From Myxococcota bacterium (GTDB taxonomy: Bacteria > Myxococcota_A > UBA9160 > JAFDDA01), in assembly GCA_965228475.1 (NCBI GenBank), contig OZ245817.1:864001-928000 (forward strand): a stretch of DNA of 64,000 bases. The letters run 5' to 3'. Below the pieces are notes generated by a model. The model searched no databases. It saw nothing but the letters and a program-made list of their open reading frames with translations, and was not told the origin of the DNA. How positions within the stretch are numbered: the stretch's first letter is position 1; every line of letters begins with the position of its first letter. Position numbers and translations under genes: made by a program. This document shows, one piece after another, positions 47,508 through 57,155 of this stretch.

Positions 47508-48266
47508 TCACCCGAGGAGCTGCGAGAGGTCTTCCGGCCGGCAGACCCGGAAGCCGCGCTCGCGCGCCAGGGCGTGCTCGCGTTCGCCGTTGTAGCCCCA
47601 GGCGGCGAGTCCGCAGCGCACGCCGAGCGGCGCCACGGCGTCGAGGTGGTTCAGCTTGTCGTCGATGAAGGCGATGGCTTCGAAGCGCGTGCCGGTCCGT
47701 TCGGCGAGGGCCGTGAGGTGCCGCGACTTGTCCTTGCCGGTCTCCTTGTCGAGCACGCGCTCTTCCGGGAAGAGCGGGCCCAGCCCGTAGTGGTCGAGCA
47801 CGGTGCGCACGGTCCGGCGGTCCTTGGCCGTGGCGATCGCCAGCGTGACCCGCTGCGAGAGGCCAGGGAGCGCCGAGACGACCTCGGCGTAGGGGCGCAT
47901 GCCGTCGAGCCAGGCCTCCGGGTCTGCCTCGGCGAGCCGCGCGCGCTCGCGGTAGAAGCGCTCGTGAAAGGCTTCGAGCCACGCGCTCGGCAGGCCGTCG
48001 CGGAAGGCGTCGTAGGCCTCCTGGGTTTCGACCGCGGCGCCCCGCTCGAGGATCTTCAGGGCGATCCCGAAGTCTTCCGCGCGGTTGCCGAGCGGCATCA
48101 GGGGCAGGAACGCCTCGCGGAGCGCCTCGGGGCTTCCGGTGTCGAGGGGAGAGTCCGGCTCGAGCTGGCGCCAGGTCGCGCAGGCCACCGCGAGGCACTC
48201 GCGCAGGCTGTCGGAGACCACGCCGTCGAAGTCGAGGGCGAGCAGTTCGATGGCGGGCCGATCCAT
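47508..48266 (-). CDS. HAD family hydrolase
   Basis: ALDFDGVVSDS, IATAK, FIDDK and AAWGYN motifs. Confidence 0.88.
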   Translation of the reverse strand: MDRPAIELLALDFDGVVSDSLRECLAVACATWRQLEPDSPLDTGSPEALREAFLPLMPLGNRAEDFGIALKILERGAAVETQEAYDAFRDGLPSAWLEAFHERFYRERARLAEADPEAWLDGMRPYAEVVSALPGLSQRVTLAIATAKDRRTVRTVLDHYGLGPLFPEERVLDKETGKDKSRHLTALAERTGTRFEAIAFIDDKLNHLDAVAPLGVRCGLAAWGYNGEREHALARERGFRVCRPEDLSQLLG

Positions 48267-48372
48267 GCCCGCTTCCATAGCACGGACGCCGGGCGCGGCC
48301 GGCGTGCGAGGGCTCTCGCGAAGCCCGACATCCGCCGCCCGGACGGCCTCGGAAGCGGTATCCTCGCCGCCC

Positions 48373-49341
48373 GTGACCCGACGCTGGCGGCACGTGCTCC
48401 CTTGGCTGATCTCGGCTGGACTTCTGGTCTACGTCTTCGGTTGGGCGACGGATTGGGCGAGCCTTCGCCGGGCGCTCTCGAACGCCGACGTCCCCGCCTT
48501 CCTCTTCTTCACGACCCTCGACCGCCTGGTCTACTTCGCCGTCTGGACCGTGATCACCGCGGCGGCCATGCGCCGCTTCGCCGCCGACGTCTCGACCTCC
48601 TCGGTCTTCGCGATCCGCGGCGGTGCCGAGCTCTTCCGCACCGTCAGCAATCCCCTCGCCGACGGGGTCACCCTCGTCGGGCTCGGGCAGCTCTGCGGCG
48701 GCCGCCTCGACGTCGTGGTCGCGGCGGCCCTCGTCCCCGCGGTCTGCCACCTGTTCGTGATGCTGGTGCAGGTGACCCTGGCCCTGGCCTTCCTCGAGGG
48801 CGGGCTCGGAGGCAACCAGGACGTCGCCATCACGGCCGGCATCCTGTGGGTCGTGGTGATCGGCGGCGCGATCGCCGTCCGCTACTCGCGTTCGCACGAG
48901 GTGCCGGGCCTCGGCCGCGTGACGGACTTCCTCGAGCGCTTCCCCCTGCGCACGATCGCCCCGTTCCTGCTCGCCTTCGTGGGCGTCACGATCTTCGACG
49001 TGATGATCCAGGGCGCCGCGACGCGGGCCTTCAACACGCCGATCGAGTGGACGGCGCTGATGGCCCGCATCCCGCTGCTCTACCTGGCCCTGGTGGTTCC
49101 TTCGCTCGGCAACTTCGGAACCCGCGAGCTGGCCTGGGCCGAGCTCTTCGAGGGCGCTGCCCCGCGCGACGAACTGATCGCCTTCGCCCTCGCGACGAAC
49201 GGGATCTTCCTGGTGCTGAACCTCGGCCTCGGCCTGGTCTTCCTGCCGAAGGCGCTCGCCCTCGTGCGGGAGTTCCGCCGCCAGCGAAAGGCCGGAGAGA
49301 AGGTCCCGGAGCCGATCCTGCACGACCCGGTCGACTCCTAG
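48373..49341 (+). CDS. Lysylphosphatidylglycerol-synthase-TM / flippase-like membrane protein
   Basis: Polytopic protein; LPWLIS.GLL.YVF...DW..L..AL start and PSLGNFGTRE motif. Confidence 0.7.
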   Translation: MTRRWRHVLPWLISAGLLVYVFGWATDWASLRRALSNADVPAFLFFTTLDRLVYFAVWTVITAAAMRRFAADVSTSSVFAIRGGAELFRTVSNPLADGVTLVGLGQLCGGRLDVVVAAALVPAVCHLFVMLVQVTLALAFLEGGLGGNQDVAITAGILWVVVIGGAIAVRYSRSHEVPGLGRVTDFLERFPLRTIAPFLLAFVGVTIFDVMIQGAATRAFNTPIEWTALMARIPLLYLALVVPSLGNFGTRELAWAELFEGAAPRDELIAFALATNGIFLVLNLGLGLVFLPKALALVREFRRQRKAGEKVPEPILHDPVDS

Positions 49342-49363
49342 CCCGGACGCGAGCCTGCCGGCG

Positions 49364-49669
49364 CTATGCCGTGGCGGGCTCGTCCTTGGCGGCCCGGTGC
49401 ACCAGGTAGGCGAGGGCGCCGATCGAACCCGCGGCGAGGGTCAGCACCAGGTAGGGGAGGGCGGGCAGGCCCCGCTCGCGCGCGTCGCGGACCATCCAGA
49501 ACAGGAAGAGAACCAGCGCGATCACGAGGTCCACGAAGAGCTGCCCCGCCCAGGGTTCGGCCAGGATCAGCGTGGGGACGGCCGCAAGGCCCTGGTCGAG
49601 GACGACCCCGACGGTGTAGGCGGTGAACGCGACGAGTGCGGCCAGCAGGATCCAGAACTGGGACTTCAT
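49364..49669 (-). CDS. Small membrane protein (DUF2834-like)
   Basis: GGAGGG RBS; QLFVDLVIAL.LF..WM.RDAR.RG and GSIGAL.YL motifs. Confidence 0.7.
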   Translation of the reverse strand: MKSQFWILLAALVAFTAYTVGVVLDQGLAAVPTLILAEPWAGQLFVDLVIALVLFLFWMVRDARERGLPALPYLVLTLAAGSIGALAYLVHRAAKDEPATA

Positions 49670-49743
49670 GGAGCCCTCCCTTCGCGCCCGATCTTGCCCG
49701 GAATCGGGCCGCGGGTCCACGCGGTTCGTTCCCGGTGGGGCGG

Positions 49744-50355
49744 CTAGCGGGCGTGGGCGCGCAGACGGTCGAGCAGGGCGACGACGTCCTCGTGCAGCTC
49801 GTCCTGGCGCAGGGCGCGTGCGATCCGGCTCGCGGAGACCGGCCGGCCGACCGCCCGGGTCAGCGCGCCGTCGCGGCCGAGCAGCCGCTTGGCGTCGAGC
49901 CGCCGGTAAGCCGCCTCGTCGTCCTCGGGCGGCAGCTCCTCGCGCAGGAAGCGCTCGAGGCGGAAGCGCTCCCTCTTCGCCTCGACGCTCCGCCGGATCG
50001 CCTCGGCCACGAGCAGGTAGCTTTCGATGTGGCGGCGCTTCCAGACGTAGAAGTCGAGGCCGGGCTCTTCGTTCGCCGGATCGTCCGGGTCGTCGTGGTC
50101 CCGGTCGAGCACGCACAGGCCCGTGGCCTCGGCGTCGTCCGCGCGAACGCCGCGGAAGTGTTCGGCGGCGCGGTGGGGCTGCCGTCCGCCGAGGATGACC
50201 GCGCCGTCGACCAGGTCGAGGAGCTCCGGGGCGTGACGCTGGGTCCAGATGCGAAGGATGTCGCGGTCGCGGGCGCCTTCGACGTAGAGCACGAAGCCCG
50301 CCGGCTGGCTTTGGGGCGCGCTTCCGCTGCGGGCCTCTCTGGATCGCGGAGACAT
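49744..50355 (-). CDS. Stand-alone TOPRIM-domain protein (OLD-family-like TOPRIM)
   Basis: VLYVEG..D, VLDRD and WKRRHIESYLL motifs. Confidence 0.7.
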   Translation of the reverse strand: MSPRSREARSGSAPQSQPAGFVLYVEGARDRDILRIWTQRHAPELLDLVDGAVILGGRQPHRAAEHFRGVRADDAEATGLCVLDRDHDDPDDPANEEPGLDFYVWKRRHIESYLLVAEAIRRSVEAKRERFRLERFLREELPPEDDEAAYRRLDAKRLLGRDGALTRAVGRPVSASRIARALRQDELHEDVVALLDRLRAHAR

Positions 50356-50418
50356 CGTCGAAACCTCTGAAGCCGGTTTCCCTCTAGGACACGTTTCGTC
50401 GCGGAAGGCGCCCCGACT

Positions 50419-51642
50419 TTAGCGGTCCGTCTCCGCGGACGCCCGGGTGAAGACCGCGAGCGCTTCGACGTGGGGCGTCTGGGGGAATAGGTCGAAACCG
50501 CGAGCGCGCGTGAGCACGTAGCCGAGCCCGGCGAGGGCGCCCGCATCGCGCGCGAGCGTGGCCGGGTCGCAGGAGAGGTAGACGAGCCGCGGAGCGTGGA
50601 GCTCGGCCAGCGGCTCGGCGGACCCGGCGGGCAGGCCGGTCCGTGGCGGGTCGAGGACGACGACCTCCGGCGCGGCTTCGCGCACGGACGCGCTCTCGAG
50701 GGCGGCTTCGACCGAGCTCGCGAGCACCTCGACCTGGGCGAGCTCCGCGGCCGCGAGGTTGCTCTCGAGGTCGCGCAGGGAGCGGCGGTCGCCCTCGACG
50801 GCGAGCACGCGCGAAAACCCGGCGGCGAGGCCGAGGGTCAGGTAGCCCGCGCCCGCGAAGAGCTCGAGCACGGTTCCGCCGCGGCCGGCCGCGGCCACGG
50901 TCTCCTCGGCGACCCGTTCGAACAGCGGCCCGTTCGCCTGACTGAACCCGCCGAGGGCGCACTCGAAGCGTTGGCCGAACACGCGCCGGGCGATGCGGGG
51001 CGGCCGCCCGCGCTGGCCCGCGACCGGCATCGCTTCGACCTGTCCATCGTCTCCGGCGGCGAGCCACCAATCCCCGAAGCGCCCGCGTGCGCGTCGCGGG
51101 AGCGTCGGAAGCACGGCTTCGAGCTCGGGCGCGAGCACCGGGCAGTGTTCGGTGGCGCACAGGGCGTGGGAGCGCCGGCGGCGGAAACCGGCGCGGCGCC
51201 CCTCGACCGCGACTCGGCTGCGAATCCGGTAGCCGTAGGCGCTCGGGCACGGCTCGACCGGGACCGCGCCGTCGAGGTCGAGGTGGCCGATGCGGCGCAG
51301 GGCGTCGGCGATGAAGTCCGCCTTCTGGGCGAGCTGCGCTTCGTAGGGGACGTGCTGCCAGGCGCAGCCGCCGCACTCGCCGAACACGGCGCACGGCGGT
51401 TCGACCCGCTCGCCCGGTTCGATCACGCGCACGATCTCGGCGCGTGCGAAGCGGGCGCGGTCGTCGACGATGCGGACGAGCACGCGGTCGCCGGGTGCGG
51501 TCAGCGGGACGAAGACCACCCGCCCCGAGGGTTCCCGCCCGACGCCGTCGCCCCCCGGCGAGAGGCGTTCGATGCGGAGCTCGACGGGTTCCGGCGCTTC
51601 GGGGCCGCTCGTGGGCTTCGGGTCAGTGTCCGGTTCCGCCAT
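50419..51642 (-). CDS. TRAM-domain RNA m5U methyltransferase (RlmD/TrmA family)
   Basis: VFVPLTAPGD TRAM domain; C..FGECGGCAWQH; VLDPPRTG; YLSCDPATLARD; FDLFPQTPHVE. Confidence 0.92.
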   Translation of the reverse strand: MAEPDTDPKPTSGPEAPEPVELRIERLSPGGDGVGREPSGRVVFVPLTAPGDRVLVRIVDDRARFARAEIVRVIEPGERVEPPCAVFGECGGCAWQHVPYEAQLAQKADFIADALRRIGHLDLDGAVPVEPCPSAYGYRIRSRVAVEGRRAGFRRRRSHALCATEHCPVLAPELEAVLPTLPRRARGRFGDWWLAAGDDGQVEAMPVAGQRGRPPRIARRVFGQRFECALGGFSQANGPLFERVAEETVAAAGRGGTVLELFAGAGYLTLGLAAGFSRVLAVEGDRRSLRDLESNLAAAELAQVEVLASSVEAALESASVREAAPEVVVLDPPRTGLPAGSAEPLAELHAPRLVYLSCDPATLARDAGALAGLGYVLTRARGFDLFPQTPHVEALAVFTRASAETDR

Positions 51643-52078
51643 GGGGCCCCCGGGCGTGCGGGTTCGGGGTGCCCTCGCCCGGCAGGGGGTCGAGGCGGAC
51701 GACGACGGCGCTCCCGACGTCGCGGAAGCTGCGGACGAGCGTCTCCGCCACCCCGTACTTCTCCGCGAGCTTCGTGTTGAGCTCCGCGCGCAGGGCGGCG
51801 TCCTCGACGGGCGTCGCGCGGTAGTGTCGGCTCCCGTCTTCGCGCTCCAGTTCGACGAGCGGATGCAGGATCAGGCGATCGAGCCACGCCGCCTGCGGGT
51901 CGCCGGCGCGCAGGTAGAGCGCGCCGTCGACGCCGTCCATCACCCAGAGCGTGCTCTCGTGGGCGCCGCCGTTCTCGTCCATCGTGTGCAGCGTGACGAG
52001 TTCGCCCATGGGGAACAGATAGGCCGCGGCGGTGGTGATGCAGAGGAACGCCACGAAGCCGAGCAGGAAGGTTCTCAC
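51623..52078 (-). CDS. Membrane-anchored split-barrel flavin/deazaflavin-type protein (DUF385/DUF2255-like)
   Basis: N-terminal TM; VTLHT...H.STLW, LYLRAG....W..RL..HP.VEL and EKYG motifs. Confidence 0.6.
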   Translation of the reverse strand: MRTFLLGFVAFLCITTAAAYLFPMGELVTLHTMDENGGAHESTLWVMDGVDGALYLRAGDPQAAWLDRLILHPLVELEREDGSRHYRATPVEDAALRAELNTKLAEKYGVAETLVRSFRDVGSAVVVRLDPLPGEGTPNPHARGPHGGTGH

Positions 52079-53988
52079 GCGTTCTCCTCCGGCCCGGCGA
52101 AGCCGAGTGCTTCGAGTTCCCCGCGCAGCTCGCTGCCGGGGGCGAGCAGGCGGCGGAGCCGCGCGACGGCCGGGAGATCCCGGCGCGCGCGCGGCACGAC
52201 GAGGTCGTAGTGCTCGTCCTGCAGCGGATGGAAGGAAAGTCCGGCGCCCTTCGCCACGGTCTCGATCGTGACTCCCCAATCCGCGCGGCCCTGGGCCACC
52301 GCGGCCGCGACGGCGTAGTGGGAACGCGGCTCGTAGGCATGGCCCGGAGGCCGTGCGTCGCCGAGCAGCCGGTCGATCAACACGCGCGTACCGCTGCCCC
52401 GGTTGCGGTTCACCATGCGCCGGTGCGGGTCGGCCACGAGCGTCTCCGGCGTGGCCTCCTCTCCCGGGCGGGTCACGATGCCCTGCATGCGGCGGTAGCC
52501 GGGGAGAAGCTCGAGGCTCTCGTCCAGGAACGGGCGGTTGTACTCGCCGGTCTCCGGGTCGAGGAGGTGGATGGGGGCGACGTCGCACTCGCCGCGCTGG
52601 GCCGCGGCCAGGCCGGCCTGGCTGCCGACCGCCATCAGCTTCACGCGCAGGCCTTCGCGGGCGAGCGCGCTCGCGATGCGGTCGAGTCCCGCGCAGTGGC
52701 TCCCGATCACGACGAGATCGGCGACGGTGAGGTCGCGCCCGATCAGGGTGACGTCGACCTCGGCGCGCTCTTCGACGATCTCGACGTTGCGCGGGATGCG
52801 GACGAACCCATCGGCGCGGCTGAAGGCGGTGACGCTTCCGCTGCCCTTGCCCATGGGCCAGGCCGCAAGCCCGCCGGCGGCCCGCTCCGAGTGGACGAGC
52901 CCGACGAGCAGGTATTCGAGGCGGCCGCGGTCGGACTGCACCGGGAGCGCGAGCTCCGCCTGCCGCGCTTCGCTGCGCTCCGGCGGCAGGCCCGCCATCG
53001 CGCGCACGACCGGCGCCACGAACTCGTGGAACGTGAAGACGGCCGAAGTCGGAAAGCCGGGCAGGATGACGACGGGCTTGTTCCCCTGGGCAGCGAGGCA
53101 GATCGGCTTGCCGGGCTTGAGCGCGACGCCGTGCACGAGAATGCCCGGCTCGAGCTCGTCGACGACCCGCGCGCACAGGTCGCCTTCGCCCTTCGAGGTT
53201 CCGCCCGAGAGCAGGACCACGTCGGCATCGGCCACCGCGCGGGTGAGCGCATCGCGCAGGGCCGCCTCGTCGTCGCGGAAGGCCCCGAGGAACCAGGGGT
53301 CGCCGCCGAGCTCCCGGACCGCGTCGGCCAGGATGCGGCCGTTCGAGTCGAAGACCAGGCCGGGCCGCATGGACTCGCCCGGTTGGACGATCTCGTCCCC
53401 CGTCGAGAGGATGGCGACGCGCGGCCGGCGGTGGACCGCCACCGCCTCGCAGCCGATGGCGGCCAGCACGCCGGTCTCCCGGGAGGTCAGGCGCGTCCCG
53501 GCGAAGAGCACCGTCTCGCCGCTTCCGACGTCGGTTCCGGCGAACGAGATCGCCTGGCCCGGGACGGCGGCCTTGTTGACGACGATCGTCGCGCCGTCCT
53601 CCTCGAGATCCGTGTGCTCGACGGGCACGACCGCATTCGCGCCGCGCGGAAGCATGCCGCCGGTGGCGATGGTCGTCGCGGTGCCGGGCTTCACCTCGAT
53701 CTTCGGCTCGATGCCCGTCGGGATCGTCTCGGTGTTGGCGGTGAGCCGAAGCGGCGTCGCCTCGGCGGCGCCGAAGGTGTCCTCGGCCCGCACCGCGAAG
53801 CCGTCCATGTTCGAGCGGTCGAAGCCCGGCACGTCGGGCTCGGCCGTGACGTCGCGCGCGAGCACGCGGCCGAGGGCCTCGGCCAGGGGCACGGTCTCCT
53901 CGCGCGTCGCCGGCGTCTCGATGACGGTTCGCCAGCGTCGCTCGGCCTCGTCGCGGTCGAGGGCGGTCAGGAACTGGGTCTGCTTCAC
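52075..53988 (-). CDS. moeA: MoeA fused to a PBP/LysR substrate-binding domain (archaeal-type MoeA)
   Basis: PGFDRSNMDGFAV, STGDEIV, SGGTSKGEGD and PGFPTS, then IGSHC, GSQAGL and NRNRGSGTR (PBP domain). Confidence 0.92.
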   Translation of the reverse strand: MKQTQFLTALDRDEAERRWRTVIETPATREETVPLAEALGRVLARDVTAEPDVPGFDRSNMDGFAVRAEDTFGAAEATPLRLTANTETIPTGIEPKIEVKPGTATTIATGGMLPRGANAVVPVEHTDLEEDGATIVVNKAAVPGQAISFAGTDVGSGETVLFAGTRLTSRETGVLAAIGCEAVAVHRRPRVAILSTGDEIVQPGESMRPGLVFDSNGRILADAVRELGGDPWFLGAFRDDEAALRDALTRAVADADVVLLSGGTSKGEGDLCARVVDELEPGILVHGVALKPGKPICLAAQGNKPVVILPGFPTSAVFTFHEFVAPVVRAMAGLPPERSEARQAELALPVQSDRGRLEYLLVGLVHSERAAGGLAAWPMGKGSGSVTAFSRADGFVRIPRNVEIVEERAEVDVTLIGRDLTVADLVVIGSHCAGLDRIASALAREGLRVKLMAVGSQAGLAAAQRGECDVAPIHLLDPETGEYNRPFLDESLELLPGYRRMQGIVTRPGEEATPETLVADPHRRMVNRNRGSGTRVLIDRLLGDARPPGHAYEPRSHYAVAAAVAQGRADWGVTIETVAKGAGLSFHPLQDEHYDLVVPRARRDLPAVARLRRLLAPGSELRGELEALGFAGPEENA

Positions 53989-53995
53989 GCCGGGC

Positions 53996-55294
53996 TCACT
54001 CGTTGCCGCCGACGGGCCCGGCCCCCGGGGCCGGCGTCCGCGCGCCCGCGCCGCGCTCCGGGGCCGGCGCATCGTCGTAGAGCAGGACCTCGACCTCCGC
54101 CCACTCGGGGTAGCCCTCGGCCTCGCGGGGGACGATCACGCAGCCGTCGGCGCGCACCGTCGAAGACAGGATCGAAGCGCCCGAGGTCGCCAGGGGCACG
54201 ATGCGTCCGTCGACGATCTGCACGCGGACGTAGTCCGTGCGCCCGAGGGAGGAGCTGATCTTCTTCGCGAGGGCCGCCTTCGTGCGGCGGTGAGGCCAGG
54301 CGCGCGAGCGTCCGCCGAGCGCGCGGATCGTCGGCCCGGCGAAGAACTCGTAGGCGCACAGGCACGAGACCGGGTTTCCGGGCAGGAGGAAGACGGGCCG
54401 CCCTTCGACGCGGCCGATGCCCGAGGGGCTCGAGGGCCGCATGGCGATGCCGTGGAAGTCGAGCGTGCCGAGCTCGGCGAGGAGGCGCGGCGCGTGGTCT
54501 TCGCGCCCGACCGAGCTGCCTCCCGAGACGAGCACCACGTCGGCCTCGCCCGCGGCGATGGCTTCGCGGATGCGCTCGGGTTCGTCCGGCAGGATCTCGA
54601 AGGGCAGGGTCGTCCCGCCATCGCGCGCGACGAGGGCACGCAGCATGACCGAGTTGCTGTCGACGATCTGGACCCCGCTCGGGACGCTGCCGGCCGCGAG
54701 GAGTTCGTCTCCGGTCACGACGAGCCGGACCCGCGGCGAGCGCACGCAGGAGACCTCGGCCACGCCGATCGAGGCCAAGAGCGCCGCGTCCTGGGGCCGG
54801 AGCACGCGGCCGGGCTCGAGCACGCGCTCGCCCGAGCGGATGTCTTCGCCCACCGCGCCGACGTTCTTCCGGGGAGCGACGGCTTCGCGCACGAGAACCG
54901 CGCCTTCGTCTTCTTCGCAGACTTCGGCCATGACCACGGCATCGGCGCCGGCGGGAACCGGCGCGCCCGTCATGATGCGGACGGCCTGGTTCGGAAGCAC
55001 CTCTTCGGCCGCCGGGCGTCCGGGCATGGACTCGCCGACGAGCTCGAGGCGGATCGGGTCGAAGGGGGAGGCGCCGAAGGTGTCCTCGCCGCGGACGGCG
55101 TAGCCGTCCATGGCCGAGCGGTCGAAGCCCGGCACGTCGACGCCGGCCGCGACGGGCTCGGCCAGCACGCGGCCCACGCACGCGGCCAGAGCCACGGTCT
55201 CGGCGGGCAGGCCGATGAACTGCTCGGCCAGGAAGCGTTCGACGTCCTCGACGTCCGCCCGCTCCGCGAAGCCGCGCATCCGGACGTCACGCAT
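53996..55294 (-). CDS. moeA: Molybdopterin molybdo/tungstotransferase MoeA
   Basis: PGFDRSAMDGYAV, IMTGAPVP.GADAV, SGGSSVGRED and LPGNPVS motifs. Confidence 0.93.
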   Translation of the reverse strand: MRDVRMRGFAERADVEDVERFLAEQFIGLPAETVALAACVGRVLAEPVAAGVDVPGFDRSAMDGYAVRGEDTFGASPFDPIRLELVGESMPGRPAAEEVLPNQAVRIMTGAPVPAGADAVVMAEVCEEDEGAVLVREAVAPRKNVGAVGEDIRSGERVLEPGRVLRPQDAALLASIGVAEVSCVRSPRVRLVVTGDELLAAGSVPSGVQIVDSNSVMLRALVARDGGTTLPFEILPDEPERIREAIAAGEADVVLVSGGSSVGREDHAPRLLAELGTLDFHGIAMRPSSPSGIGRVEGRPVFLLPGNPVSCLCAYEFFAGPTIRALGGRSRAWPHRRTKAALAKKISSSLGRTDYVRVQIVDGRIVPLATSGASILSSTVRADGCVIVPREAEGYPEWAEVEVLLYDDAPAPERGAGARTPAPGAGPVGGNE

Positions 55295-55349
55295 GGAATC
55301 CCTCGACCCTTCGTGGCGCCGTGAAGATCCGGGGCGCCGACCCCTCGAA

Positions 55350-57083
55350 TCAGCCCGTCGCCTTGGTGGCCCAGAGCTCGTCGCGCGCCGGGAACCGCTT
55401 GGCCTTGGCTTCCGCCACGACGTCGGCGCTCACGTCGAACTTGAGCGCGTTGTCCGGGCCGATGCCTTCGTCCGTGATGCACGCCGGCAGCACGTCGTCC
55501 TCGGCCGTGAAGCCGGCGCCCTCGTTGAACTTCCACTCGTCCGCCAGGCACTGCCAGCCGATGTCGGCGACCTGCTCCTTGGTGACCTCTTCGCCGTAGA
55601 GGCTCGAGTAGAAGCCGGCGATCTCGGGCATGTTCGGCTGGAGGAACTGGCAGAAACCCGACGAATCGCAGGCCGCGTTCACGAGCTGCGATTCCTGGGA
55701 AGCCTGGGCGAACTCCTCGGGCGGCAGGCCCGGGTTCACGATCAGGCCGGCGGTGTGGTCGCCGCCCATGGGGCTCGTGCAGTACGTGACGCCCGTGGCC
55801 TTGAGCGGGCGCGGGTCCCAGGCGGGGAGGGCCTGGCCCTTCGCCACCGGCACGCGGTGGTGCTTCTGCTTCTTTCCGATCGAGACGGCACCGTTGCCGA
55901 TCGCCTTGCCGAGCTCGGTGCCCTCGGCGATCTCGCGCAGGATGCGCTTCGCGCCCTCCGCGTCGCCGTACTCCATCGCACCGGAGTCCATGAAGATGGC
56001 GATCGCCGCGCCGGTCTCGATGGTGTCGAGGCCGACCTCGTCACAGAGCCGGTCGAGGTCCGCGACGTCCTCCCAGCTCGCGATGCCGCAGCAGGAGCCG
56101 AGCAGGGTCAGGGTCTCGAACTCGAGGGCCGAGGTCTTGTAGTTGCCGTCCGCGTCGTGCACGACGTTCGAGCACTGGACGATGCAGCCGGTCATGCAGT
56201 TGTGCATGCCGCCGCCGCGCGTCTCGAAGCTCTCGACGATGCGAGCGCCGTCGAGGGTCTGGGCGTCGGGCGACTGGCCCTCGGTGCGGTTCTTGTAGGG
56301 GAAGGTGTTGAGCATGTTCGCGACGGGCACGATCGCGCTCGTCCCGTACTTGAACATGTTGGCCTTCGGGCCCTCGCGGAACTCCTTCGTGTAGCTCTTG
56401 CACAGGCCGAAGAAGGCCTTGGTGTCCGCCGGGCGCCGGACGGCGGCCTTGCCCGGGTCGACCATCACGTACTTCAGGCCCTTGCTGCCCATGACGGCGC
56501 CGAGGCCGCCGCGCGCCGCGTGGCGGGCCGGGCGGCGATCCTGGTCCGCATCCGTGCAGGCGACCGAGGCGCCCGAGAGCTTCATCTCGCCGGCGGGACC
56601 GATCGAGATGAACGAGGCGGTCTCGCTGTACTTCTTGGTGAGGTGCTCGATCAGGGCGTAGTTCCACATGCCCTTGGAATCATCGGCCTCGACCACCGCG
56701 AGTTCGTCGCCGTTCACCTCGAGGGCGTAGCGCTTCTCCGGGTCCGCGGGCTGGCCCTTCACGATCACCACGCGGTAGCCGAGCTTCATCAGGTCCTGGC
56801 CCGGGTTGCCGCCGGCGTTGGCCTCCTTGATGCCGCCGGTCAGCGGGCTCTTGCCGCCGATCGAGATGCGCCCCGAGGTGGGCGCCGCGGTTCCCGAGAG
56901 CACGCCGGGCGCCATGACGAGGACGTTGTCCGGGCCGAGCGGGTCGCACTGGGGGTCGCATTCCTCGAGGAGGATGCGCGCCGAGAGGGCTCGGCCGCCC
57001 AGGAGCTTCCACTCCGCGGGGTACGGCTCGGCCGTCGCGGTCAGGTTCGTCATGTCGACGCGAATCAGGCGGTCCTCGGACAC
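55350..57083 (-). CDS. aor: Tungsten-type aldehyde:ferredoxin oxidoreductase family protein
   Basis: KSPLTGGIKEANAGG, IGPAGE, ARGGLGAVMGSKGLK, CMTGCIVQC, CDEVGLDT, KGQALPAWDPR and DSSGFC; AGGAG RBS before GTG 57083. Confidence 0.93.
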   Translation of the reverse strand: MSEDRLIRVDMTNLTATAEPYPAEWKLLGGRALSARILLEECDPQCDPLGPDNVLVMAPGVLSGTAAPTSGRISIGGKSPLTGGIKEANAGGNPGQDLMKLGYRVVIVKGQPADPEKRYALEVNGDELAVVEADDSKGMWNYALIEHLTKKYSETASFISIGPAGEMKLSGASVACTDADQDRRPARHAARGGLGAVMGSKGLKYVMVDPGKAAVRRPADTKAFFGLCKSYTKEFREGPKANMFKYGTSAIVPVANMLNTFPYKNRTEGQSPDAQTLDGARIVESFETRGGGMHNCMTGCIVQCSNVVHDADGNYKTSALEFETLTLLGSCCGIASWEDVADLDRLCDEVGLDTIETGAAIAIFMDSGAMEYGDAEGAKRILREIAEGTELGKAIGNGAVSIGKKQKHHRVPVAKGQALPAWDPRPLKATGVTYCTSPMGGDHTAGLIVNPGLPPEEFAQASQESQLVNAACDSSGFCQFLQPNMPEIAGFYSSLYGEEVTKEQVADIGWQCLADEWKFNEGAGFTAEDDVLPACITDEGIGPDNALKFDVSADVVAEAKAKRFPARDELWATKATG

Positions 57084-57096
57084 GGGTGGGCTCCTC

Positions 57097-57153
57097 CGGC
57101 TCTTGGCGCTCGTTCGGCTCTGGGCACTCGTTCGGGATGTGAAGGGCACATCC
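57097..57153. repeat. 18-bp imperfect tandem repeat plus 7-bp stem hairpin in the moaD-aor spacer
   Basis: cggctcttggcgctcgtt / cggctctgggcactcgtt (57097-57132); ggatgtg-aaggg-cacatcc (57135-57153). Confidence 0.7.
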
Positions 57154-57155
57154 TA

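Noticed and set aside
53985..53999. 4-codon GTG-AGC-CCG-GCG-TGA bridge between the two moeA genes
   Set aside because: It resembles the junction mini-ORFs, but the repeat is only 4 bp (GTGA) and cannot be distinguished from chance.
17805..57135. Short direct repeats as a CRISPR array or MITE family
   Set aside because: Only 2-2.5 copies each, unrelated to one another in sequence, no terminal inverted repeats, and no cas or transposase genes.
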